Positions 1-6,456 of a stretch of DNA of 39,851 nt are shown here, in pieces. The stretch is taken from IMG/VR virus record IMGVR_UViG_3300043184_000018, positions 1 to 39,851 of that record; one strand, 5' to 3'. The translations under genes and the position numbers were made by a program. The notes under the pieces are model-generated. The model worked only from the letters and a program-made list of their open reading frames with translations, did no database searches and was not told the origin of the DNA. The DNA comes from a virus. Taxonomy: Duplodnaviria > Caudoviricetes. Numbering within the stretch: the first letter of the stretch is position 1; every line of letters starts with the position of its first letter.

Positions 1-26
1 ACGTATGTAAGTTGAACGTATAGGTC

Positions 27-66
27 TATATGTACGTGCGTGTACGCGTGTGCGCGCGCGTACGTA
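27..66. repeat. 40-bp perfectly alternating pyrimidine/purine tract (Z-DNA/cruciform-prone)
   Basis: TATATGTACGTGCGTGTACGCGTGTGCGCGCGCGTACGTA alternates without a break; contains a GTACGCG...CGCGTAC inverted repeat. Confidence 0.85.
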
Positions 67-121
67 GGGCTGGGTCTTTTTGTTGCAGAAGTTGGTCGTT
101 TTTTGTGTAAACCTAGTAAAG

Positions 122-170
122 TTGCTTGGTTTTTTGAATTTGCGCAAAATTGCTTGATTTTTTGAATTTG
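122..170 (+). repeat. 21-bp direct repeat x2 overlapping the early promoter
   Basis: TTGCTTGGTTTTTTGAATTTG (122-142) and TTGCTTGATTTTTTGAATTTG (150-170), 20/21 identical. Confidence 0.85.
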
Positions 171-182
171 GGCTGGTATAAA
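154..182 (+). promoter_or_regulatory. sigma70-type early promoter
   Basis: TTGATT-17 bp-TATAAA with extended -10 TGn, in an AT-rich region upstream of the first + strand gene. Confidence 0.65.
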
Positions 183-220
183 TAAATTGTCGCTGCAGGA
201 AAGGCGACACGAGAGCCACT

Positions 221-511
221 ATGAAGAAAGAGCTGCTACACACGCCCTTAGCCGACTTTGTCGGCCCGAAAACCGCGAAGATCGGGAAGAACGAATTCGC
301 CGAATTGTGCGAGGTCAACGACGTTGCGCCTCACTTCAACCTCGAGAACTTGCCGAACCTTATCCGGTTCGCCTTAACGTTGCGCGGTGAGGACGGGCGG
401 CGACGCCCAAGTCTGGACACGGTCCGCAACTGGTGTAGGTTCGACTTTACCGGCAACAGCGACGACGCATGTCAGATTCGGCTGAATCGCGGGCGTACGC
501 GCATCGCTTAA
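221..511 (+). CDS. hypothetical protein, possible HTH-like DNA-binding protein
   Basis: 96 aa ATG ORF after the promoter; PSLDTVRNWCR resembles a recognition helix (weak). Confidence 0.6.
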   Translation: MKKELLHTPLADFVGPKTAKIGKNEFAELCEVNDVAPHFNLENLPNLIRFALTLRGEDGRRRPSLDTVRNWCRFDFTGNSDDACQIRLNRGRTRIA

Positions 512-517
512 CCTACC

Positions 518-535
518 GCCCCGGTTCGCCGGGGC
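518..535 (+). other. 7-bp GC hairpin with UUCG loop immediately 5' of twister 1
   Basis: GCCCCGG-TTCG-CCGGGGC; the same stem with a GCGA loop recurs at 1177 and 5962. Confidence 0.85.
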
Positions 536-587
536 TCCTTAACCACGCCGAAGACGGTCACAAGCCCGTATAAAGTGGGAGTGAGGA
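536..587 (+). ncRNA. twister ribozyme, type P1 (copy 1)
   Basis: P1 UCCU/AGGA; U^AA cleavage site (540/541); P2 CCAC/GUGG; T2 GC/GC; P4 ACGG/CCGU; L4 UCACAAGC; conserved GA; T1 CAC/GUG; fits the twister-P1 architecture element by element. Confidence 0.9.
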
Positions 588-596
588 AGACACACC

Positions 597-1016
597 ATGA
601 AAGAGTTTACAATCGAAAACCTAGCGGCTGACGAGGACTACAGTAGCCGCATCGAGTACGCCGAGACCCTCATCAAAGATGGGCGCAATCCGCTCGCGGC
701 GTGTATCGAAGACGGCTACGTCGACTACGCAATCTGGCTGATGTCTAACGGCTACGTCGAGAAGAGCGACGAAATGCGTGCCATCGCATGTATGGACCCG
801 GGTTACGCATACCTCTACGCGAGGTACATCCAACGCGCTCCGTGCGATGCTACCCGGGCCGCCGCGTGTATGGACCCGGGGTGCGCGTACCTTTACGCGC
901 ACCATGTTGATGGCGGCCCTCACCCCGCCACCCTTGCCGCCGCGTGCAAGAGCCCGCGTTACGCGTACATGTACGCGGTGTACGTTGACCACGCAACCCT
1001 CGATGACACCTGGTAA
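597..1016 (+). CDS. helical repeat protein (ACxDPGYAYLYA repeats), paralog of 5381-5869, probably C-terminally truncated
   Basis: 139 aa with ~26 aa repeats; GAGGA SD; repeat-like coding continues past the TAA. Confidence 0.8.
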   Translation: MKEFTIENLAADEDYSSRIEYAETLIKDGRNPLAACIEDGYVDYAIWLMSNGYVEKSDEMRAIACMDPGYAYLYARYIQRAPCDATRAAACMDPGCAYLYAHHVDGGPHPATLAAACKSPRYAYMYAVYVDHATLDDTW

Positions 1017-1080
1017 TCCGCCTGCAAGAACCCGCAGCACGAACACCTTTACAAACAGTGGGGGGGGGGGAAGACACACT

Positions 1081-1170
1081 ATGAAAGAAATCCAGAAGAA
1101 AGAATCCGAACTCGCCGTTTACCAATTCGCCGTTCATATGGAGGAGCGTAACGCGAACGCGCTACGCTGA
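1081..1170 (+). CDS. 29 aa microprotein MKEIQKKESELAVYQFAVHMEERNANALR (copy 1)
   Basis: ATG after a G-rich SD-like run; exact duplicate at 5866-5955; stops just before the hairpin-twister cassette. Confidence 0.6.
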   Translation: MKEIQKKESELAVYQFAVHMEERNANALR

Positions 1171-1176
1171 ACCCGT

Positions 1177-1194
1177 GCCCCGGGCGACCGGGGC
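1177..1194 (+). other. 7-bp GC hairpin with GNRA (GCGA) loop 5' of twister 2
   Basis: GCCCCGG-GCGA-CCGGGGC. Confidence 0.85.
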
Positions 1195-1196
1195 TC

Positions 1197-1248
1197 CCTC
1201 TAACCACGCCGACGCCGGTCCCAAGCCCGGGAAAAGTGGGAGGGGAGG
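1197..1248 (+). ncRNA. twister ribozyme, type P1 (copy 2)
   Basis: P1 CCUC/GAGG; U^AA (1201/1202); P2 CCAC/GUGG; P4 CCGG/CCGG; L4 UCCCAAGC; GA; T1 CCC/GGG; core GCCGGUCCCAAGCCCGG matches the well-known rice twister core as recalled. Confidence 0.92.
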
Positions 1249-1259
1249 AATACACAACC

Positions 1260-1454
1260 ATGAACCGACACTCGCAACACACCCAAACGACCGCCGACCG
1301 TATCACGATCAGACCCCTCCGCCAAGGGGGGTACGAACTGTACACGATGCGCCGCGGACAGTTTTTCAGCCGCGTGTACTACTTCATGCCCAAACAAGAT
1401 GCCCTGAAAGACTTCCGGGCATACGTTTCCGCTGAATTGCAAGAGGTACACTAG
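1260..1454 (+). CDS. hypothetical protein
   Basis: ATG at 1260 with GGAGG SD at 1244-1248; 64 aa. Confidence 0.7.
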   Translation: MNRHSQHTQTTADRITIRPLRQGGYELYTMRRGQFFSRVYYFMPKQDALKDFRAYVSAELQEVH

Positions 1455-1478
1455 TCAAGCCTGACAAGGTTTCACACC

Positions 1479-2075
1479 ATGAAAAACCAACACCAACACC
1501 AGCAACCGCTTAAACCCATCACCCGCGAGGCTTTCGAATCCGAAGTCTTCGATCACCACAAGCCCGCCGTCGCATTCATACGGTGGTGCCTCCACTACCG
1601 GCTGGACGTGCCGACCGAATGCGCGAAACACCACCCGGGTTATCTTTCATGGCTGATTTGGGAAGGATTCAATTGCGAATCCGCGCGTACGCGGTACTTG
1701 ACATGGAACAGCAAGGGGGACCTGATCTACAATCTGAGCCACGATGCAACTGCCGCGGCGGGCATCCACACAACCGTTTACGCGGGTCATGGCGCGAAAG
1801 TTGACGTGGGGTCGGGCTCCACAGTTACAGCCGGCTTTTACTCGAACATCACCGCCGGACATGACTCGATCGTTACCTGCGGTGGTGGCTCGGACGTCAT
1901 AGCGGGGGTGGGGTCGACCATTACTGCTGGGGACACAAGCTCGATCACCGTAAGATGGTACGACGAATCTGGGCGGTACAGATTCACCGCCCACTACGTC
2001 GACGAAAACGGCATCAAGCCTAACACGCCGTACCGGTGCAACGAGGATGGCAGTCTTTCGGAGGTGGAAGGGTGA
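1479..2075 (+). CDS. protein with 8-aa (S/T)xVTAG beta-solenoid-like repeats, paralog of 6453-6980
   Basis: 198 aa; GSTVTAG/YSNITAG/GSTITAG repeats; C-terminal ENGIKPNTPY motif. Confidence 0.85.
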   Translation: MKNQHQHQQPLKPITREAFESEVFDHHKPAVAFIRWCLHYRLDVPTECAKHHPGYLSWLIWEGFNCESARTRYLTWNSKGDLIYNLSHDATAAAGIHTTVYAGHGAKVDVGSGSTVTAGFYSNITAGHDSIVTCGGGSDVIAGVGSTITAGDTSSITVRWYDESGRYRFTAHYVDENGIKPNTPYRCNEDGSLSEVEG

Positions 2076-2401
2076 ACTGCCACTACCAATCAGTCAACGA
2101 GTTCCTTCGCGCCAACCGCCAAGATTGCCAAGACGCCGCCAACGCTCACCGGCTTCCGGATGAGGTTGAGGATTACGAGTTCTGGGGGGAACGCTTCACC
2201 GTCGCCACGCCGGGCGAACGCTCCGCCGGAACCCCGACCGAATGGTACGTTGACTTCCTCGAGCAGACCATCCGGGACATTGTCCGCGAGAGCGAGCGGG
2301 CGCGGGAGTACCTCCACATCGCACCCCCGCTCCCGGCAACCCCGGGGGACTTCGACCCTTTCGACATCGACCCGCTTAACATGGAGGCATTCGATGAATG
2401 A
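2072..2401 (+). CDS. hypothetical acidic protein
   Basis: GTG start overlapping the upstream TGA, GGAGG upstream; overlaps the next start. Confidence 0.7.
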   Translation: MNCHYQSVNEFLRANRQDCQDAANAHRLPDEVEDYEFWGERFTVATPGERSAGTPTEWYVDFLEQTIRDIVRESERAREYLHIAPPLPATPGDFDPFDIDPLNMEAFDE

Positions 2402-3140
2402 CCGGACAGCCGCGACCATCGGGGCGCGGCTGTCCGCCCCCGTGCCGAATGCCCTGCTCAGGGCCCGCACAGGGGCGAAAGGCCGGAAACTAACCTACAT
2501 TCCCGGACACCACGCGATCCGGATTGCGAACGAAGTCTTTGGATGGGATGGGTGGGCGCATGAAGTGACCCGCCTGGACCTCATGAACATGAGCCAGGTT
2601 AAACAGGACCGGGGAGAAAGCTGGTGCGTCTCTTTCATCGCCGTCGTGCGGGTCACGGTCACCGCACAAGGGCGTCCAGTCACAAGGGAGGACGTAGGGT
2701 TCGGGAGTGGCACGACCTACGACGAACACCCCGGAGACGCGATAGAGGCCGCCGTAAAAGAGGCCGTGACGGACGGCATAAAGCGGGCCCTGAAATCATT
2801 CGGCCCCGCACTTGGGCTCGACCTCTACGACGAAAAGTGGCGAGACGCCAACATCGACAAGACCACTGGCTTACCGAAGGCGAAGCACGAACCCCAACCG
2901 AAGGCCGCGCCAACCATCAGCCAACCGCGAGCCGCGTCCATCCTCGAACACGCAGGCTTTGAACGCGCGGCGGCCACGGAACTGATCCGGCAGCTGAAAG
3001 CCGCTGGGTACGACCCCGTGCGGGAAATCTGCCTCTACACCGGCGAACCTTCGCGCGAGGCATTCACCGCGCACATCGAACACCTCGTCACACGGGCGCA
3101 GACGCAAGATGCCGTAGACGAATTTCAACCCGAGGGTTAG
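2394..3140 (+). CDS. sak: Rad52/Rad22-family (Sak-like) single-strand annealing protein
   Basis: LTYIPGHHAIRIANEVFGWDGW, EDVGFGSG, AVKEAVTDGIKRALKSFGPALGLDLYD; GGAGG SD before ATG 2394. Confidence 0.92.
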   Translation: MNDRTAATIGARLSAPVPNALLRARTGAKGRKLTYIPGHHAIRIANEVFGWDGWAHEVTRLDLMNMSQVKQDRGESWCVSFIAVVRVTVTAQGRPVTREDVGFGSGTTYDEHPGDAIEAAVKEAVTDGIKRALKSFGPALGLDLYDEKWRDANIDKTTGLPKAKHEPQPKAAPTISQPRAASILEHAGFERAAATELIRQLKAAGYDPVREICLYTGEPSREAFTAHIEHLVTRAQTQDAVDEFQPEG

Positions 3141-3510
3141 GTGAATGGAACTTACGCACCCGCTCATCACACACAAGCGCGTCATCGACGTAGAACCCGC
3201 AAGATGTCATGACGTCCTTGATCCCCTTAACCAGATTGTCACAATCCGGACGGGTGATCTTGAAAACGACCTGCTCACGAACCGCCTTCCGGTGGGATTT
3301 CGGGTGGGGGAAGAACAAATCAAGTTCCAACCCCACCGGTCCATCCATCGGGGAAGTGGGCGCAAACGGAGCAATCCGCGCCGCAAGCTCCGCGATCTGA
3401 CGCGCGTAGGTGGCATCTCGGTACGTCCGAAGCTGGCCACCACGAGCGGACCAACGCCGCGATTGCGCGGTTATCGTCATCGGCGCACCCTCTAAAACTA
3501 CAAAGACCAC
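3088..3510 (-). CDS. rusA: RusA-family Holliday junction resolvase
   Basis: RPDCDNLVKGIKD...FYVDDALV catalytic Asp/Lys pattern; start uncertain (GTG 3510 or ATG 3480). Confidence 0.88.
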   Translation of the reverse strand: MVFVVLEGAPMTITAQSRRWSARGGQLRTYRDATYARQIAELAARIAPFAPTSPMDGPVGLELDLFFPHPKSHRKAVREQVVFKITRPDCDNLVKGIKDVMTSCGFYVDDALVCDERVRKFHSPNPRVEIRLRHLASAPV

Positions 3511-3595
3511 GAAAACAGTATGACCAAGACTAAGACAAACCTCAACGCTAGCGCGACTGGACGCGCCCACCGACCCCGCACCGCAGAGGCTAACC

Positions 3596-3991
3596 ATGAG
3601 TGACGTCTGCAAGCTGGGGGTTCTCACGACGACCGCCGCCGTGCCCGTCACCGACCCACCCAAACTCATCCGCGACAAGTCCGGGCGAGAGTTCTCGGAG
3701 ATGCGCTCGCGCTACAGGTCGGGAACCTACGAGTACACAGTCACCCTCACCTTCCGAGGGAAGACCGCGTGTGATACCGCCATGACCCTCACGCGCGGCG
3801 ACCTCATCTCCGTAAACGGTACGCCGTACACGCGCATCATCAGCTACAAGGACAAGTCCACTGGTGAGGAGAAAACAATGGCCATGCTCTACCTGACCTG
3901 CTTCGAGCCGCCCCAAATCCTCACGCGATCCGCGCGAGGCAACAACCCCCACGAGAGCGCAGGCGGGCAGGAGGACTGGTTCAATGTCTGA
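3596..3991 (+). CDS. ssb: single-stranded DNA-binding protein (OB fold)
   Basis: FRGKTA..LTRGDLISVNG..YKDKSTGE pattern, acidic/aromatic tail QEDWFNV, next to the annealase. Confidence 0.78.
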   Translation: MSDVCKLGVLTTTAAVPVTDPPKLIRDKSGREFSEMRSRYRSGTYEYTVTLTFRGKTACDTAMTLTRGDLISVNGTPYTRIISYKDKSTGEEKTMAMLYLTCFEPPQILTRSARGNNPHESAGGQEDWFNV

Positions 3992-4064
3992 GGCGGTGAC
4001 CGTCCTCTGCGTTTTCATCATTGGCGTTGTTGTTGGGTACAGTAACCGCGCAGGCAAGCCATGA
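3984..4064 (+). CDS. 26 aa single-TM microprotein MSEAVTVLCVFIIGVVVGYSNRAGKP
   Basis: GGAGGA SD at 3970-3975, overlaps the ssb stop, hydrophobic core. Confidence 0.5.
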   Translation: MSEAVTVLCVFIIGVVVGYSNRAGKP

Positions 4065-4120
4065 CCCTGCCGTGAACAAACCCGAAGAAACGCCACACCA
4101 GACAGACCACAAGTAACACC

Positions 4121-4315
4121 ATGAAGAACCAACCCATCAACCCCGGAGACCAATTCCGCGACGAAAGCGGCAACCTCGTCACCATCGTCAAGACGTGGAA
4201 AGAAGGCAACGGCAACTGGTACGAAACCTCAGCCGGTGAACGCGTCATCAAGTCCACCATCTCGTACCGCCTCAGTAAACGCATCTGGACCCGCGTCGAG
4301 GAGACAAACCCATGA
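4121..4315 (+). CDS. hypothetical protein
   Basis: 64 aa, ATGA-coupled to the next gene. Confidence 0.7.
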   Translation: MKNQPINPGDQFRDESGNLVTIVKTWKEGNGNWYETSAGERVIKSTISYRLSKRIWTRVEETNP

Positions 4316-4620
4316 AAAACAACCAAGAAGAACAAGACTCGCAGTACTACATCGTCCGTTGCAAAGGGGCGGGCGTATGGTTCGGAAAGATCGCCCAGCG
4401 CACCGGCGACGAGGTAGTCATGACCGACGCCCGAAGGCTTTGGCGGTTTAGCGGCGCGACCGAATGCGCGTGGCTATCCGTCAATGGCGTGACGAGGCCC
4501 GGCCAATGCAAGTTCACTATCTGGGTAAAGACCGTCACCGTGCTCAACGTTGTCGAGTTCATCCCATGTACGGATAAAGCGTCTAAGTCACTCTCCGAGG
4601 TGCCAGCGTGGACCCCGTAA
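4312..4620 (+). CDS. conserved phage protein (DUF6948-like)
   Basis: YIVRCKGAGVWFG...ARRLWRFSGA...EFIPCT; family recalled as preceding GxGxG-repeat genes. Confidence 0.75.
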   Translation: MKNNQEEQDSQYYIVRCKGAGVWFGKIAQRTGDEVVMTDARRLWRFSGATECAWLSVNGVTRPGQCKFTIWVKTVTVLNVVEFIPCTDKASKSLSEVPAWTP

Positions 4621-5384
4621 CCGCATTCCTAAGCGTGGCCTATGGCCATGGCGATGGCGATGGCGATGGCGATGGCTATGGCTATGGCGATGGCGATGGC
4701 GATGGCTCTGGCTCTGGCGATGGCTATGGCTATGGCGATGGCTATGGCTCTGGCGATGGCGATGGCTGTGGTTATGGCTCTGGCTCTGGCTATGGCTATG
4801 GCTATGGCGATGGCAATGGCCATGGCGATGGCTATGGCTATGGCGATGGCTGTGGCTATGGCTCAGGCCGTGGCTCAGCCGATGGCGATGGCGATGGCGA
4901 TGGCGATGGTACCGGCATATACGAAATCAACGGCGAGCGAGTCTACAAGATCGACGGCGTCCAAACCATCATCCGCAAAGTAAAGGGGAACATCGCCAAA
5001 GGGTTTATCTTGACCCGCGCGTTAACGCTGACGCCCACCTACGTCGCCAAGGTCGGCGACTGCTTCGCGCACGGCGAGACTGCCGCTAAAGCACTACACG
5101 ACGCCACCGAGAAAAGCCTGATCAACGCACCTGCCGAGGAGCGCATCCGTATCGCGCTTGCATGGTTCGACATCTCTACCGGCCACACCGGAAAGGAGTG
5201 GCTCAACTTTCACCGCGCGATCACCGGTAGCTGTGAGCAAGGTTGTAAATCCTTTGCCTCAGATCGCGGCATTGACCTAGACAAGCCCTACACGCTCGCG
5301 GAGTTCATCTCCGCGGCGGATGGCGCATACCCGCGCGGACAAGAGGCGATCGACATTCTGAAGCAGAAACTACAACAACCATGA
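4608..5384 (+). CDS. Gly-X (GDGYG) repeat protein with globular C-terminal domain
   Basis: 258 aa; GGAGG SD before GTG; ~90 aa GD/GY/GS repeats, then FAHGET...FHRAITGSCEQG. Confidence 0.85.
   Translation: MDPVTAFLSVAYGHGDGDGDGDGYGYGDGDGDGSGSGDGYGYGDGYGSGDGDGCGYGSGSGYGYGYGDGNGHGDGYGYGDGCGYGSGRGSADGDGDGDGDGTGIYEINGERVYKIDGVQTIIRKVKGNIAKGFILTRALTLTPTYVAKVGDCFAHGETAAKALHDATEKSLINAPAEERIRIALAWFDISTGHTGKEWLNFHRAITGSCEQGCKSFASDRGIDLDKPYTLAEFISAADGAYPRGQEAIDILKQKLQQP
4638..4910 (+). repeat. hexamer minisatellite (GGCGAT/GGCTAT/GGCTCT)n
   Basis: About 45 degenerate GGCNNT units encoding Gly-X. Confidence 0.9.
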
Positions 5385-5869
5385 AAGAGTTTACAATCAA
5401 AAACCTCAAGGCAGACGACGCACTGGCAAACCTCATACGATACGCAAGAAGGCTCATCAAAGATGGGCGCAATCCGCTGGCCGCATGTATCGAAGATAAG
5501 AATCTCTTCGCTGCCAGCTGGCTCTTCAAAAACGGCTACGTAGCAAAGAGTGATCAAATGCGTGATCTCGCATGTATGGACCCGGGTTACGCATACCTCT
5601 ACGCGAGGTACATCCAACGCGCTCCGTGCGACCATACTCGCGACGCCGCGTGCATGGTCCCGGGCTACGCGTACCTTTACGCGCACCATGTTGATGGCGG
5701 CTCTCACCCCGCCACCCTTGCCGCCGCGTGCATGGAACCCCAGTACGCGTACCTGTACGCGCACTATGTCCATGGCGGCCCTCACCCCGCTACCCTTGCC
5801 GCCGCGTCTAGGGACACGTACTACGCCGGACTATACCGCGAGTGGGAGGAATCACTACAAAAGCCATGA
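5381..5869 (+). CDS. helical repeat protein, paralog of 597-1016
   Basis: 162 aa; same N-terminus (MKEFTI..LIKDGRNPLAACIED) and repeats; ATGA overlaps at both ends. Confidence 0.85.
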   Translation: MKEFTIKNLKADDALANLIRYARRLIKDGRNPLAACIEDKNLFAASWLFKNGYVAKSDQMRDLACMDPGYAYLYARYIQRAPCDHTRDAACMVPGYAYLYAHHVDGGSHPATLAAACMEPQYAYLYAHYVHGGPHPATLAAASRDTYYAGLYREWEESLQKP

Positions 5870-5955
5870 AAGAAATCCAGAAGAAAGAATCCGAACTCGC
5901 CGTTTACCAATTCGCCGTTCATATGGAGGAGCGTAACGCGAACGCGCTACGCTGA
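5866..5955 (+). CDS. 29 aa microprotein (copy 2, identical to 1081-1170)
   Basis: ATGA overlap with the upstream stop; GGAGG upstream. Confidence 0.6.
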   Translation: MKEIQKKESELAVYQFAVHMEERNANALR

Positions 5956-5961
5956 ACCCGT

Positions 5962-6024
5962 GCCCCGGGCGACCGGGGCCTCTAACCACGCCGACGCCGG
6001 TCCCAATCCCGGGTGAAAGTGGGA
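5962..6024 (+). pseudogene. hairpin plus degenerate twister ribozyme (copy 3)
   Basis: Hairpin, UAA, P2, P4 and GA retained; L4 AAGC>AAUC breaks T2; the 3' strands of T1 and P1 are absent. Confidence 0.8.
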
Positions 6025-6063
6025 AGAATCACTACAACAACCACAAACCGACAAGGACACACC

Positions 6064-6456
6064 ATGAACAACAACAACCAAGAACCGAAGTCAATCAAAG
6101 CCCCCTACTCCGTTCGCGATGCCGCTTGGGAGATCTACGCCGAAGCAAGCCTTGGCATGGGCGGCCACGACGAAGACTTTGCCGCCGCCCTGCAACGAGA
6201 CGGTGAAAAGCTACTCGCGCTAGCCGCTGAAGAGCAAGGCGAAAAGTCACGGCACGAAATGCTAGAAGCTTATGCCGTAATGGGCAAAGTAGTCTTCTCC
6301 GAGATATGCGAGGCTGTCGCCAAGCGTCTCGTTGATATTGCCACTGAAGAGGAATCAACGCTTCACGATTACCTTCAAGCTGCAAGAGCCGCTGTTAGCC
6401 ATTTAGTGCTAATCGCCATCACCGCAGACACGCTCGTAGAGGAGGTGAAGCCATGA
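6064..6456 (+). CDS. hypothetical helical protein
   Basis: AAGGA SD before ATG 6064; ATGA-coupled downstream. Confidence 0.75.
   Translation: MNNNNQEPKSIKAPYSVRDAAWEIYAEASLGMGGHDEDFAAALQRDGEKLLALAAEEQGEKSRHEMLEAYAVMGKVVFSEICEAVAKRLVDIATEEESTLHDYLQAARAAVSHLVLIAITADTLVEEVKP

Noticed and set aside
1014-1016. Stop-codon reassignment
   Set aside because: Only one interrupted ORF; long genes are intact under the standard code, and TAA, TAG and TGA all terminate genes.
2160-2393. N-terminal extension of the Rad52-like ORF
   Set aside because: Overlaps gene 2072-2401 and is S/R/P-rich; ATG 2394 has a GGAGG SD and starts at the domain.
4550-5089. WRWRW and MAMAMA ORFs (4550-5089, 4642-4983, 4629-4823)
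   Set aside because: Shadow frames of the GGCNNT repeat; only the Gly-X frame has an SD, a globular C-terminal domain and coupling to the next gene.
518-6024. CRISPR array or intrinsic terminators for the repeated hairpin elements
   Set aside because: Spacing is irregular and gene-sized, there are no cas genes and no U-tract; a hairpin plus twister explains the conservation.
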